Of a DNA stretch of 64,000 nt, positions 1 to 13,642 are shown one piece after another. Positions within the stretch are counted from its first letter, which is position 1, and every line of letters begins with the position of its first letter. The notes under the pieces were generated by a model. The model had not been told where the DNA came from. It was given only the letters and a program-made list of their open reading frames with translations, and did not search any database. Source of the stretch: Eledone cirrhosa (lineage: Eukaryota); assembly GCA_964016885.1 (NCBI GenBank), contig OZ024754.1, forward strand, positions 186,001 to 250,000, written 5' to 3'. The translations under genes were made by a program, and so were the position numbers.

Positions 1-710
1 GTAGTGGTGGTGGTGGTGGTGGTAGTAAGTTAAAAGAAGACGATATATAAGGTAGAAGTTGTAAACAGGAATGTAGGTCGTCTGCTGTTTGTCAGAATGT
101 GGATCAAAGAGAAAATGGAGGCAACGCCGCCACTTTCTTGCATCAAAATGCATTGCACTGCACACTGACGTAAACAATGACTCAACCGTGCACATACCGA
201 CAGATGTCAGTGCAGGGGAGTGGTTCTGACAGTGAGATAGGACGCTGATGATGATGAGGGTGCCGCGTGGTGCGTTTGTGGCGTTGTTGTTGTTGTTATT
301 GTTGTTGTTAGGGCTGGTGGAGCTGATGTTTTGGTGATGAGATGGTGGTGGTGATGTTGGTGGTGGTGCGATGGTGGAGGTGGTGTTGTTGTTGGTGGTG
401 GTGGTGGTGGAGGTGATGTTTTGGTGGTGCGATGGTGGTGGTAGTGTTGTTGGTGGTGGTGGTGGTGGTGGAGGTGATGTTTTGGTGGTGCGATGGTGGT
501 GGTAGTGTTGGTGTTGGTGGAGGTGGTGTTGTTGGTGGTGGTGGTGGAGGTGATGTTTTGGTGGTGCGAGGGTGGTGGTGTTGGTGGTTGTGCTGGTAGT
601 GGTGGTGATGTTGGTGGTGGTGCGATGGTGGGGCGGTGTTGTTGGTGGTGCGATGGTGCTGGTGCTGGTGGAGGTGCTGGTAGTGGTGGTGGTGCTGGTG
701 GCAGGATGTG
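1..710. repeat. (GGT)n/(GTT)n low-complexity tract with a short unique island (~55-290)
   Basis: Degenerate trinucleotide repeats read directly; ORFs 308..733 and 493..711 are their translations. Confidence 0.9.
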
Positions 711-854
711 AGTTTGGCTACTATATCTAGCAAGTCCAGACTCCCTTGTTTGGTAATGGTAATAATGGCTGCTACACTCTTCCTTTTGTTGTTGTTCAGT
801 CCCAGGACAGGCCTGGTGAAGCAGACATTATCAAAAGCACTCCAGCCATAGTTG

Positions 855-1025
855 TATACGGCATACCTGATGCCATAGTTTCTGCTGTAAATACAGAGGT
901 TGGAGTTCTCTCCCCTGGTGGTGATACCGTGTTTTTCTTTTAAATCCTAGCAGGCGTCCTTCAGGGTAACACATTGCCAACGTATCTTTTCATAATCGTT
1001 CTTGACTATGTCATAGGGGAAGCTT
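855..1025 (+). pseudogene. RTE-like LINE reverse transcriptase fragment
   Basis: One frame reads YGIP...VLSPGGDTVFFF*ILAGVLQGNTLPTYLFIIVLDYVIGEA. This matches the non-LTR RT 'GV.QG..L.P.LF....D' motif in an RTE-like context; in-frame stop at 941-943. Confidence 0.8.
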
Positions 1026-1069
1026 TTGTTAATGGAAAGTGAGACGTATATAGCGAGTGGTGTAGAACT

Positions 1070-1223
1070 CATCAAATCGGACCGAGGAAACAATGTTTCC
1101 ATTTGTCTTTTCATTGCTGATACTATCTATCGGTCGCAACTCCTAGCATATAACGCAACGCCCGGTCCAGGAATCGAACTCATAACTTCACAAATGCGAA
1201 TCCAATTTTCTAACCACTAAGCC
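1070..1223 (-). mobile_element. tRNA-derived SINE, family B (internally deleted copy)
   Basis: Reverse complement has box A GGCTTAGTGG and box B GAGTTCGATTCC; body matches copies at 25837-26040 and 60890-61005. Confidence 0.8.
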
Positions 1224-1953
1224 GTATATTATATCTATATGTGTGAGTGTGTGTGTGGAGAGAAAGAGAGAGAAGATGGGGAGGGAGGGGGAGAGATGCG
1301 GGGCAGTGAGTGAGACACAACAACAACAACAACACTACTACTAATATATGAGGGTTTACACGCGTGCATTTGTTACACTTTGTATGCAATAACATGACGA
1401 GTTTCATCGTGATTTTCTATACAATACAGTCACACACGTGCTTGCGCGCGTGTGTGAATAAATGTGTGTGTGTATGTGGCAGTGTGTGTGTGTGTGTGTT
1501 TAAATGTGTGTGTGTAAATGTGTGTCTGTTTATGAGATTTGGGCGTTATACTAGCCTACAGGTTAGCTGGTTTCTCCTTATAAACACTTGCAGGATGGCC
1601 ACCCATTCTATATACACGTAAACACAGACACGTGGTTCTAATGTTGCTGTTGTTGTTGTTGTTGTCTGTGTCACTGTAGGTGTGGTGCAGTTATTGTTGT
1701 TACAGTTGTTGTTGTTGTTTAATTCACTTCACCCCTCATGTTTATCACTGCAATGTTAAAAATAAAGTCTTATCCCCTACCCCAATCCTCGGTCACCCAC
1801 CTCTCCAATCCTTACCCTCCACACCCATCTCTATACCTTCTACATTTTTATTCACACTCTATCTTCTTCACTCTCATTTCTCTCTTTCTCTCTCCCACGC
1901 TTTATATATACATTTGATGTGTTTATATATACATATATATGATGTATATATAT

Positions 1954-1999
<46 letters not shown>

Positions 2000-2082
2000 T
2001 CTCTCTCCCTCTCTCTCACACACACACACACACACTCTCTCCCTCTCTCTCTCACACACACACACACACACTCTCTCTCCCC

Positions 2083-2367
<285 letters not shown>

Positions 2368-4997
2368 ATATATATATATATATATATACACCTTGTTCTA
2401 AATTTCCCAATATCATTCATTCAATTACACGATCTTCACAAATCGTAAATTAAATAAAATGGAAAGACAGGAGAAAGGTCGTTCCCGTCAATACACAAGA
2501 AATCATTAGATATTCTCTTTGAAAGAAAGCTGAAGACGCATTTTTACAACTAGCAGCGTATTGCAAACGCATGAAACCCTGTGAGGCCGCATTAGTTCTC
2601 AGAAAAATAATAAATCTTTAATCTAAATAATTTATAAATAAGTAACTTATATTAAATTACTGTTTTTAGTCTTAAGGCTTAAATTGTTTATTTTTAAATA
2701 TAACTTTTTGTCATATAGTTTTATAAAGACTGGTGGAATGTGGCTGAAATCTTCCCCCGAGGGCAACTACTGTTGTTTACAACCCACCGTAGAATGTGAC
2801 AGAGATAAATTACCGATAAATTAACGAAGAAATTAGGCAACTTTGAACATTTATATAATGACTATAAAGTAAAAGGATAAGCTGGGTTAATTACCTCTGG
2901 AGGCGGGGAAAAAATGTATAGAGACGCTTGCGTGAATCGAACCACGCAACTGCTGTACATATGGCGGACTGCTGTGATTACCGTATCTATGCATTAATAT
3001 CAACTCCTCTTATTAATTGTTTCTTTCAAGGGATTATGTTAAAAAAATAAACCTCATTTGGTCCAAACTATTTACAAAACATCAGCAATCTTTCAACAGT
3101 GAAATTAAACCACAAATTATCAAAAATGTTTCTGAATTCCTCTCTAATTAAATTATTTTCTCACATTCAAATTTTCGACTTCAAATTCTTGTCGTTTAAA
3201 ATTTGTTATCTGTTGTGAGAACAGTTTGTACCTTCATCTGTCATTAAAGCGCATTACTGCTATATTATCCAATGTCATATATTTATTAATATACTAGGGT
3301 AAGATCGAGGGAGATTTGGTTACAATTTCTTGAAAGTTGAGCATTTTACATAGAAACTCTGTAGTTGTTTCATAGAGGTGTGATTTCTAAACAGTGGAGG
3401 CGTGGACTCCTTATTCTCTGCAGTGAAATAATCACTATTTAATAACAATGCAGTACTAAAGCCAAGGAGAGAATATTGACATAATTTTCCATCTGCTAGA
3501 TATAGCAGCCAATTCTATCTCAAATCACACCTTAGGAAAGAATGATAATATATTCCTAAGTACACCATGTTTGAATAACAGAAGGGACAATCATGGTTTG
3601 AATAACAGAAGGGTCAATAAAGGACGACCTAGGAATAAATAACAATACCAATGAAGATATCCTGTCAATGAGAAGGCCCCTATGTAGCCAGTCACTCAGC
3701 TAGAAATAGCAACTGAATTCCCCTCAAAATATATCGTATCATTTCCTATTAAATACGACACATCAGATACTGTAGGTTTAGTTATGTCGGAATGAAAGAT
3801 TGGATAACTACGATTATAATATGTTGAGATATGTCTGCTGGATTAGAACCGACTTGGGGCCAAACAAAAGCAAAAATGAAGAAATTTTTTCCAGAATCCT
3901 CCTCGTTTTATATGAACATATAACTCTGCCAAGAACTGTTATATACCAACAAATAATAGTAATTTATTCTGCCAAATTAGGCAAAATGTTTTTCCAAATC
4001 GAAAGAAAAGTTTTGTTTTGGTCTGGTTAGTCTTTAGACTTGAACTGTATTCAAAATATGTGGCAGGTCATTAGGTCAAAATATGTGACAGATCATTAGG
4101 TCAAAAGATAACTTCAAGAAATGTTAAAAGCAATGAAACTTGATTTGTGACTGTTGGTGAAGAACGGTGGAAATTATAGAGGTTATTATTGAGAATGCTT
4201 TCTTCTTGTATGATTAAAAGAATAGAAAATTTGCAAAATAAATGTCACGAGTCAGTTCCAGGTCTTGGTATAATTTAGCAGTTTTAAATTCGATTGTTTT
4301 AGAAATCGAAAAGCAATATCTTCCACTGAAAATGAACAATGTCGTGGAAGGAAACGAGAATTTTATAAAAGTTTTGTTAATTTTAAAGGTGTTATCTTTG
4401 TATTGAGGTGAACAGAATTATCTAATTAGTTCTTTCGAACTTTAATTCTTTACTTCATTTTAACCGTTAATTAAGGCCCTGCTGGAGTACTGTAGTGAGT
4501 CAATACTAGTGAGTACAATGTAGAAAGTGACTAGGCTGAAACTTCAAAGTCACTGTCACTTTTCTACTATATATATGTATATATGTATATATGTATGTGT
4601 ATATATATATATATATATATACAAATTTTAGTACAGCATTAACGAAGCTTTAGGCTGCGGCTAAGCTAACGAATGCAGGATCGGAATGTAGCTTTAGCAC
4701 TCGATGGAGAATAATACCCCAGAGTTATAACAATACGTTTAGACAGCTTTGCAAATCAAATATAGCGGCCTGCAGTCCAGCCGCATTGTCATAGCAACGA
4801 AAAAGACTGAACTCAGGGAAAGATTTTGACTATGTATGTATGTATATAGATTTTGAGTTTATGTTGGTTGTATACCAACACCTCAGTATGCAGGCTGGAG
4901 CACTCGACGAAGTGCGCAGGTTGGTTTGGTTACTCCGGAGTAGTGTAAAATAAAGTTAAATAAAAAGTCAAATGATTAAAATTTAGCTTCGTTTATT

Positions 4998-5052
4998 ACT
5001 GCTATATATATTTCAGTGACAGCCATCTTTGGCTGTGACCTCTTCAGGTAGT
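4998..5052 (-). ncRNA. Minimal type I hammerhead ribozyme motif (slightly degenerate)
   Basis: Minus strand: ACTAC-CTGAAGA-GGTC ACAGCCA aaga TGGCTGT CACT-GAAA-TATATA-TA-GCAGT, followed by AATAAA. Confidence 0.6.
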
Positions 5053-5084
5053 TTGAATTAGTATGGTATAGACAAGTACATATG

Positions 5085-5129
<45 letters not shown>

Positions 5130-5269
5130 CGATACTAAAAAGATGTAAAAAACGTAAAAATAGAAGAATTAAATTTCTAAAGACAAGATGTTTAGAGAAT
5201 GGTTATAAATTTGTTGGTGATGTCAATGATGTCTACATTTGTAGTGAAAGTAACCAACTGTTGTGGGAC

Positions 5270-5432
5270 TTCCGTCGTTTGTCACGACCAATGCTCCAAC
5301 TGATTAAATCAACAGAACAACCTGCTCATGTAAAGTTAACGTGTAAGTGGCTGAGTATTCCGCAAACACGTGCAGCGTGAGATGACAAAGCTACCCGGTC
5401 CACGAATCGAACTTACAACCTTACAATCGTCA
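5270..5432 (-). mobile_element. tRNA-derived SINE fragment (octopus-type family)
   Basis: Box B GTTCGATTC on the minus strand; body 'atcaacagaacaacctgctc...ttaacgtgtaagtggctgagtattcc' recalled as a common octopus SINE. Confidence 0.6.
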
Positions 5433-5435
5433 ATA

Positions 5436-5502
<67 letters not shown>

Positions 5503-5554
5503 GTGTGTATATATATATATATATACATATGTATATATATATATATATATATAT

Positions 5555-5748
5555 AACGAAGGAAATGTAAGGAACCAGATGGACCATAACGCACCAAAGT
5601 ACTCAATACTTAGGGTAGTAGAGTGGGTAATAGGAACAAGTATGACCCCGACGGCAGAGCTCAAGCCGTTTCGACGGCTAATTCGGGACGTCCAGAATTA
5701 GCCGTCGAAACGGCTTGAGCTCTTCCGTCGGGGTCATACTTGTTCCTA
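5555..5748 (-). mobile_element. Short fold-back PLE-type element, family P1 (diverged subfamily)
   Basis: Reverse orientation of 2189-2367; arms centred on GGACGTCC; flanked by (TA)n. Confidence 0.75.
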
Positions 5749-5994
5749 TATATATAAGTAGAGGGAAAAGATTTAAAGAAACGTTATATCAATATTGGCC
5801 GTAGTGTTATCCAACGTTCCTTTAATCCTTTGAAAATAGAGTTTAGCGATTTGAGTCCCTGGCTCAGCTGGCCCCAACTGACATTACTTGAAATGGGCCC
5901 CTATCGAGTGTTACGAAACCTACACATCTTGACATAGAAACGCTAGGTAAGGAAGACAATGATGATGATAATGATGATGGTGATGATATTAATA

Positions 5995-6124
5995 ATTGTT
6001 TCTACTTTTTGGCACAAGGCCAGCAATTTCTCCAGTGCATTACTGGTACTTTATTTTATCGACCCCCGTAAGGATGAAAGGCAAAGTCAACCCTTGGTGG
6101 GATTTGAACTCAGATCATAAAGGG
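5995..6124 (-). mobile_element. tRNA-derived SINE family A, 5'-truncated
   Basis: Matches the full-length copies at 43091 and 62012. Confidence 0.85.
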
Positions 6125-6582
6125 GCGATGATGATGTGGCTGATGATGAACGTGATGATGATGATGATGATGGTGGCAATGATGGAGATGGTGATGATGA
6201 TGGTGGAGATGGTGATGGTGTTGATGATGAAAGTGATGATAATGATAATAACGATGATGATGATGATGATGGTGATTATAATGATGATGGTGATGATAAT
6301 GCTGTTGTTATTGTTTTACTGTTGTTGTTGTTGTTGTTGTTATTATTATTATTGTTTCTGTTCTTTTATGTACAATTGGTGATACAGATCTGTTGTGTTG
6401 TTGTTTCTGCATCCGGGTTATTGGCGGATATAGCAACCGTTGCTAACAGAAGCTGACCAGGTGCAATAACATAAATAATTTCAGCAGCAGCAGTAGCAGT
6501 AGTAGTAGCAGCAGCAGCAGCAGCAGTAGCAGTAGTAGTAGCAGTAGTAGCAGTATTAGTAGTAGTAGTAGTAGCAGTAGTT
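6125..6582. repeat. (GAT)n, (GTT)n and (AGC/AGT)n simple repeats
   Basis: Read directly. Confidence 0.9.
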
Positions 6583-6907
6583 GGAAAAAAAAAACGAGTC
6601 CAACCTGTTTACAATGGAGACAAGCAACAGCTTGTTGAAATGTTGATTTTTCACTTGTACAGTACAAAGGGTAACTCAGGAATACTGTGGATCGTTTCGT
6701 GATTGGTCAATTATTATATGACGTAAGCAGTATATATGTGTGCGTCTCTCTCTCTATATATATTTCTATGCCTTTATGTTTATAAGTATGTCAGTGTTTG
6801 TCATTGTTTACTTATATATTATTAAAGAAGTCTGTGTACGTAATTATATTGATATATACATATATCTACATTCATAATATGCTAATGTTTTCACAGATAC
6901 ATATACA

Positions 6908-6947
<40 letters not shown>

Positions 6948-7030
6948 CCCTTTGAACATCACTCTAGGTCTTCCAATTATTCTACTTAATAATGATTCTC
7001 TATTTTTGACACAAGGCCAGCAATTTCGAG

Positions 7031-7490
7031 GAGGGTGGAGGATAAGATTGACCACGGCAGGGTGGAGGATAAGATTGACCACGGCAGGGTGGAAGATAAG
7101 ATTGACTGCGGCAGGGTGTAAGATGAGATTGACCACAGCAGGGTGTAAGATGAGATTGACCACATCAGGGTGTAAGATGAGATTGACCACATCAGGGTGT
7201 AAGATGAGATTGACCACATCAGGGTGGAAGATGAGATTGACCACATCAGGGTGGAAAATGAGATTGACCACATCAGGGTGTAAGATGAGATTGACCACAG
7301 CAGGGTGGAAGATGAGATTGACCACATCAGAGTGGAAGATGAGATTGAACGCAGCAGGGTGGAAGATGAGATTGACCACATCAGGGTGTAAGATGAGATT
7401 GAACGCAGCAGGGTGGAAGATGAGATTGACCACAGCAGGGTGGAAGATGAGATTGACCACAGCAGGGTGGAAGATGAGATTGACCGCGGA
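7031..7490. repeat. 27-bp minisatellite (~17 units, CAGGGTGGAAGATGAGATTGACCACAG) inside a SINE-A copy
   Basis: 9-aa periodicity in ORFs on both strands; flanks are SINE-A sequence (gacacaaggccagcaattt ... ggatttgagctcaaaacgtaa). Confidence 0.9.
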
Positions 7491-7554
7491 AGGATTTGAG
7501 CTCAAAACGTAATAATGGAACAGATAATTGCTACCCTTTTTAAATTAGTCTCGA

Positions 7555-7712
7555 ATTTAGGAACAAAGTCAGAATGTTTGAGTTGGAGAAGTTGGTTATA
7601 TCGACCCCAGTACTTTACTGGTACTTTATTTTATTGATCCCAAAATGATAGAAGGCAAATCTGACCTCGGCAGGATTTGAAATCAGAACGTAAGGAACCG
7701 AAACAAATAATG
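7555..7712 (-). mobile_element. SINE family A, diverged
   Basis: tcgaccccag...actggtactttattttat...aggcaaa...cctcggcaggatttga. Confidence 0.75.
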
Positions 7713-9345
7713 CTGCGAATTTATCCAATTAAATGTCTTATTAATGATAACTATAATCTTTTTTTACATTCTCACAGCACGAACATTTTCGGTTCTTAGT
7801 TGATGCCTTATTTTATCGATCTCAGGGAGAGGAAGGGTAATTCTCAACTTGAATTGTTTGAATAATGTAAAGAAACGTAACTAAATTTTATTTGATATTT
7901 CTACCAGTTCATAATCTTTTCCTTGGTACAATACTTTGTGTGTCTTTAGTAGAGTAGAGAAGAGTAGAACAGATTTGTTGAATGAAATACGTATATCATT
8001 GTAGTGATTTAATTCTAGCAGCTGTGTTTTCAGATTGTGTGACGTTTCTTCCAAATATGGACATTAATCAATAACCACACATTATATTCTTGACTAAGGT
8101 AAAGGCAGATGTTTCTATTTACCATGGCAATTTATAGACTCTGAATGTTTGTGAAAAATAGTGTCAATTATATAAATAAATCAGACAATATTAGATGTTG
8201 TTAAAATTGTTGACATCTTTAAAACACCTTCAAACATAAGTGTAAAACAAATTTCTAACAATTGTAAAATAATCAAATTAAGCTTAATTAAATAATGAAA
8301 CATCTAAAGAAACGTGTATCAGATTTCTCCCCCCCCCCTCCCAAGAGTGTTCCAGGGGAAGATCACACACAACTGTGTTTTCTTCATCAAGAAAAGGAGA
8401 AGGAAGAAAGTTACACACCTTTGCTTCTCAAAAAAGATCAACTTTGTGCTTTCAAAGGAACAATTAGAATAAATCATGGTTGATGCTTGGCATAATATCT
8501 GCCCCATCGAGGGGTCATTTGGATGTGTCAGCCTGATTTTTAACTTTGAAGACAGGGTGACAAAACAGGGGGAGCTAGTCCGCCACATGTTTCCACACAG
8601 ACTGGTGCCGCAATATACAACTAAAGGCCGCTGTTTAGAAGAATTGGGTTGATGCTCGAATGGAAAACTTTGGGTACTTTAAGGAAAACCCGTTTTCGTT
8701 TGAAAACCCGTATTCGTTTGAAAAATTTTTTCTCCATCGAATTTTGGAAAAAATATCGTAAGAAGTTTGATTACGTTACGAACGCTGCGTTCGACGATAA
8801 TGGTGGTGGAGAGTCGGTAAGACGACATAGCTCGCAGTCAACATCGTCTTCTTCCCTAGATACTATGGAGATGGAAAGATGAAATGAAATTGTAAAAACA
8901 AATTCATATCCAAACAACACAAATGACACCAAACAGTTCAATGACAACAGCAATAACAACAACACCAATAATGATGATAAAAACAACAATGACAACAACA
9001 ACAAATAAAAAAATAAAGACAACACCAATAATACCAGCATCAAAGACAACAACAACACCAACACCAACACCAAGGAAAATACGAACAATATCAACATCAG
9101 TGACAACAAGAATAACAACAACAATAACAACAATAATGACAACACCACCAACACGGATAATTCCACAATTAGAAACCAAAATCTCCTTTGCACAGACAGT
9201 TCAGAAAAAGGAGGAACTAACATATCTCGACATAACAAATGCCGAACAACTTTTAAAGGACGCTAGGAGATATGTTACTTTCGAAAAGAATGGTGCTTTC
9301 AGTAGAAATTCGCAAGGAAACTGCTCTCAAAACGATAGTTTTTAG

Positions 9346-11885
9346 GACAGTTTCCAGTTCTACGTGAGCCGAAGCAGATGTGTGCGGCCTTTCAGCGGCA
9401 CTTTGCTCAACTGTTCGGGCAGGGCGGCGCGCCGGGTGGGGCTATGGATTTCGGTCCATACCTCGACGGCCTACCGCGACTCTCGGACAGCGAGACAAAG
9501 TTCTGCGAAAAGCCGATTTTAGCCGCTGAGATAGGGGACGCGCTGAGCCAATGCGGCAAACGCATATCTCCAGGTCTCGACGGTCTACCCTACGAATTTT
9601 ACGTAGCAATGCCGGACTTATTCTCCGGTCTCCTGGAAGCGGTCTTATTCTCCGGTCTCCTGGAAGCGGTCTACTGCAACTGGCAACAGAACGGGAGAAT
9701 TCCCAGTTCTGTGACCGGGGGCGTAGTCACACTAGTCAGGAAGGACGAGAATAAGGGGGATGACATAGGCAACTTCCGGCCCATAACTCTGCTAAACACA
9801 GAGTTACAGATTTTGGCCAAGGTGTTTTGCAAAGAGGCTGGCGCTTGTCGTCGAGAACCTGGTGGGAGAAGCGCAGACATGCGCAATCCCGACCAGGTCC
9901 ATACACGACAACCTCCACCTCATGCGATACATCATAGAGAGGGTGGGGTGTAAACCCGGCTTCAGTGGAGCCCTAATCAACTTGGATCAGTCTAAGGCTT
10001 TCGATAGGGTTGACCATCGTTACCTGGATGCGGTGCTCGAGACGGCAGGCTTCGGACCCGTGTTCAGGGGCTGGATTGCTGCAATGTACAACAGCAACAT
10101 CTGCTCAGGGGTCAAGGTGAACGGCTACCTCTCGGAGTCGTTCCATATCACGCGATCCATTCGAGAGGGAAGCCCTCTCTCCTCCCTTCTGTACGTACTG
10201 ATTCTCGAGTCACTACTGCGGAAGTTGGAGCTATTGCAGGGCATCCCTCTGGAACCGGGACTGCGGAAAGCGGCGTCGGCTTACGCCGACGAAGTAACAG
10301 TAATGGTGTCGAGCGCCTCGCAAATCGAGGAAGTCGGCACCTTACTGAAGGAATACGAAAGTTTCACAGGAGCGAAGCTGAACCGGGACAAGTCCATCGG
10401 CTTGCAACTCGGATCGTGGAGAGGCAAACCGATGCCTTCCGATGGCGTCGTCGGACGCTGGACGGAAGGACCGGTAAAGCTGCTCGGGGTCTGGTTTGGT
10501 CCGGACCTCCAGGTGGAGAAGAACTGGAACGAGGTGATGGCCAAGGTGTTTGCACTCACCCAGAAGTGGGCCGAGTGCAAACTATCCTTGAAAAGTTGAG
10601 CGGAGGTGGCGAACACTTTTATAGCGGCCGCCATCTACTACCGCTTGACCGTCGTGCCTTGTCCAGCCAAAACACTCACCAAAATGGAGCGCGCGCTCTT
10701 CCAATTCCTTTGGAAGAGGCGGGCTCCTTTGGTGAGAAGATCCATCTGCTGCCAACACCCTTCCAACGGAGGGCTGGGGATGCCGTGGCTGACGATGCGC
10801 AAACACGCGCTCAGGCTGCGGCATCTCTACGTATTCCCCACCGGACAACCGGTGTGGGCCCCGTTCGTGAGGCGAGCCTTCCCACGACTCGTCTCGCTGA
10901 CCGAGCTGCAGTCCTGGGTCAAGCAAAGACCGAGGAAAATGGGCGACTGGCACATCGAATGTGCTCAGGCGCTCACAGCCCTCTGGCAGGCAGACCCGGC
11001 GATCAGTGGAGACTCCACTTCGTCATTCTATAGAGGGTTGATCCGCAGCAAGTGCGACGACGCGCTCGGTGAAACTCTAGGCGTAGAGGAAGATGAACTG
11101 GCCAGTCTGTTCGGTAGGACCTTCCGACTTCCAAAAGTCCCTGGCCTGGCAGTGCTACCGAGGAGCTCTACCAGTTCGAGGCAAGCTCTACAGACATGGG
11201 CGCCCGGGCAGGGACCCTGCAAAAAAAATCTGTCCGAGGTGCGTTCGAGACGAAGAAACCGTCGCGCACGCATTCATACACTGCCCGGGTGTCACCGACC
11301 TGTTGGGCTATGTAGAACGACTATTGTCGCGGGTGGGACCAATCCGGTTGACCACCGATTCCATTGTCATGATCAAACCGCCACCCTCCTTCAAAAACGA
11401 AGGAGAGGCGGTTTTCCTTTGTGTGATAGCTATGGCGAAAGAGGTTGTATGGTGGACAAGGTTGAAAGGGCTGAGGTCAGACACCTTTCTCTCCGGCCAA
11501 CAACTGATTCTTTTTTTCAAATACCACTTTGGAAGAAGAATCAGGATGGAGAGAGGGGTGCTGTACCCCAGCAAGTTTTATGAAAGGTGGGTGAAAGTGG
11601 CGAGAATGGCCCGAGTGAATGGGCCTTCTCTCTATATCAGCCTGTAGGTTGAGGAAAAGGAGGAGGAGAGGAAAGGAGTACAAACTCTTCGTACTCCTGG
11701 AGATGAGGGTTGCACATTTTTTCGGGGGTATGTGTTACCCATATGAACTGTCTCCCCCTATTGGGGAAAATCGACTAATTTTAAAATTGCATTTGTGATA
11801 ATATTTTACACGTTTTTATTGTATGTAAACTTCCCCCTTTGTATTTGTCCCCTTCTTTTGTGCCCCTGTGGCTAATAAAGAAACA
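9346..11885 (+). mobile_element. Tx1/L1-type non-LTR retrotransposon, 5'-truncated ORF2 pseudogene with 3' UTR
   Basis: SPGLDGLP, NFRPITLLN, LDQSKAFDRVDH, REGSPLS, AYADE (YADD-like), GGLG and C-terminal CPRC..EETVAHAFIHCP. Frameshifts near 9830 and 11120, stop at 10597, 27-nt tandem duplication at 9618-9671. Ends AATAAAGAAACA then (TATC)n. Confidence 0.92.
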
Positions 11886-11951
11886 TATCTATCTATTTGT
11901 CAATCTGCTTATCTACCTCTCACTCTCTCTCTTTCTCTCTCTTTCTCCCCG

Positions 11952-12045
<94 letters not shown>

Positions 12046-12423
12046 GTTTATCTATCTATCTATCTATCTATCCACTTTAAAAAGGTTAGATCAAATGCTA
12101 CAGAGGAGGTGTATCATAGTTCAATATTAGTCTACTTCGTTCTATGTGTAGTTAAAAAAAAACCTTTATCAGATTCTTTATCGACGTGGCGTCGTTTAGT
12201 AAAGATTATTGATGCTAGATTTAGATAATTTGCCGAATTCTTCAAGTCATTATTTATGATTCTCGTTTTAGTTGTGCATAAATTGTGCCCCCGTTGACAT
12301 TTGCTCCACTCTGCTGCATGGTTTTCCACTTGATGTCAAAATCAGTAGTATGCTAATTTAAATAAAATATCTTACTCGATAATGTTGTATTCTTACAGGG
12401 CAAACTATCAACAAATGTGTTTA

Positions 12424-12483
<60 letters not shown>

Positions 12484-12727
12484 CTAATAAGCTTGAAACT
12501 AGTACATCGTTCCTGTGTGAGTGTTGAACAAAAGTGCGACGATGGTTGCCGAGCACACTACGGCGTAATTCGGGCAGTTTGTTTACAAACAAACCGAACA
12601 TTATAATAAATGTTCGGTAAATCCATACGTACATATATATATGTGTGTGCATGTATGTATGTATATACATACTACTGTACGTCTGTACACATATATGTAT
12701 GTACGTATACATATTTATATATATATA

Positions 12728-13236
12728 ACGGCGATGAATTAGTTTTGCGAGGTTTTTGATATGAAATCGTGTGTCGAAACAAATATTGTTATACTTGGGG
12801 AGAGTCATATTTGTGTAATATTGCCAGAATTAATAACAGAAAACACTCACTGTTTGGTTGGTTTTCGCTTTTCGCTTCTGTGTCTTTTATATAGGTAATC
12901 TAATTTATTCGGTCCTCAATGTTGCCATTGACTGACCAGCGGTCAAAAATAATACAGATACAATATAGACAAACACATATATATAGTTTATCAAAGTTCT
13001 TTCGTTGCACATCTGCAACATCGTCAGTGGTGCTATTGTTTCCTCCTGTTGCATTGTATTTTCTACACCATATTTATTTAGTCTGTTTATATATTTATTT
13101 ATTTGTTTATTTTATTTTGTCTTCTTTGCGCATGCGACACAGAAGCGAAAGGCGAAAACCAACCAAACAGTGAGTGTGTTCTGTTATTAATTCTGGCAAT
13201 ATTACACAAATAGGACCCTCCCCAAGTATAACAATA
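12728..13236. mobile_element. PLE-type insertion with inverted pLTR ends, family P2b
   Basis: 12782-12885 is the inverted repeat of 13137-13236; end sequence related to the 22240 family; internal hammerhead; (TA)n flanks. Confidence 0.75.
12989..13031 (-). ncRNA. Minimal type I hammerhead ribozyme motif
   Basis: Minus strand: ACCA-CTGACGA-T-GTTGCA gatg TGCAAC-GAAA-GAAC-TT-TGAT. Confidence 0.7.
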
Positions 13237-13642
13237 TATATATATACATATATATAAGATAAAATAATAATTATTATTTTGGTCAATACACAAAAGATTG
13301 GTCATATCGCCTGGCAATCACACGGGACTACAGGAATGCTAAAAATAGCTCCTCGTCAACTCCAGAATTCCGCTCTACTAAATGTTAAAATCATTAGGAG
13401 CAGAAATACAATAATACATCAGTTAATATTTCCTTGACGAAATATACCCAAGACTATGTTTAGATATAGAATAGTTATAAAGATATGAGAAAAGCGGGAA
13501 AGTAAGCAATGGACTTTAGGAATCGGTTTTTACCATCTTCATATAAGTTCACGGCTTTTCTCACGTGTATATAATTATATACCTACGCATAGTCCTGGAT
13601 ACATTTTGTCTTGGCAATATTAACAAAAATACACTGTATACG

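Noticed and set aside
6891-7512. 9-aa repeat proteins on both strands
   Set aside because: Result of a stop-free 27-bp unit inside a SINE.
10597-10599. In-frame TGA in the LINE ORF as selenocysteine or readthrough
   Set aside because: Best explained as CGA(Arg)>TGA; the copy also has frameshifts.
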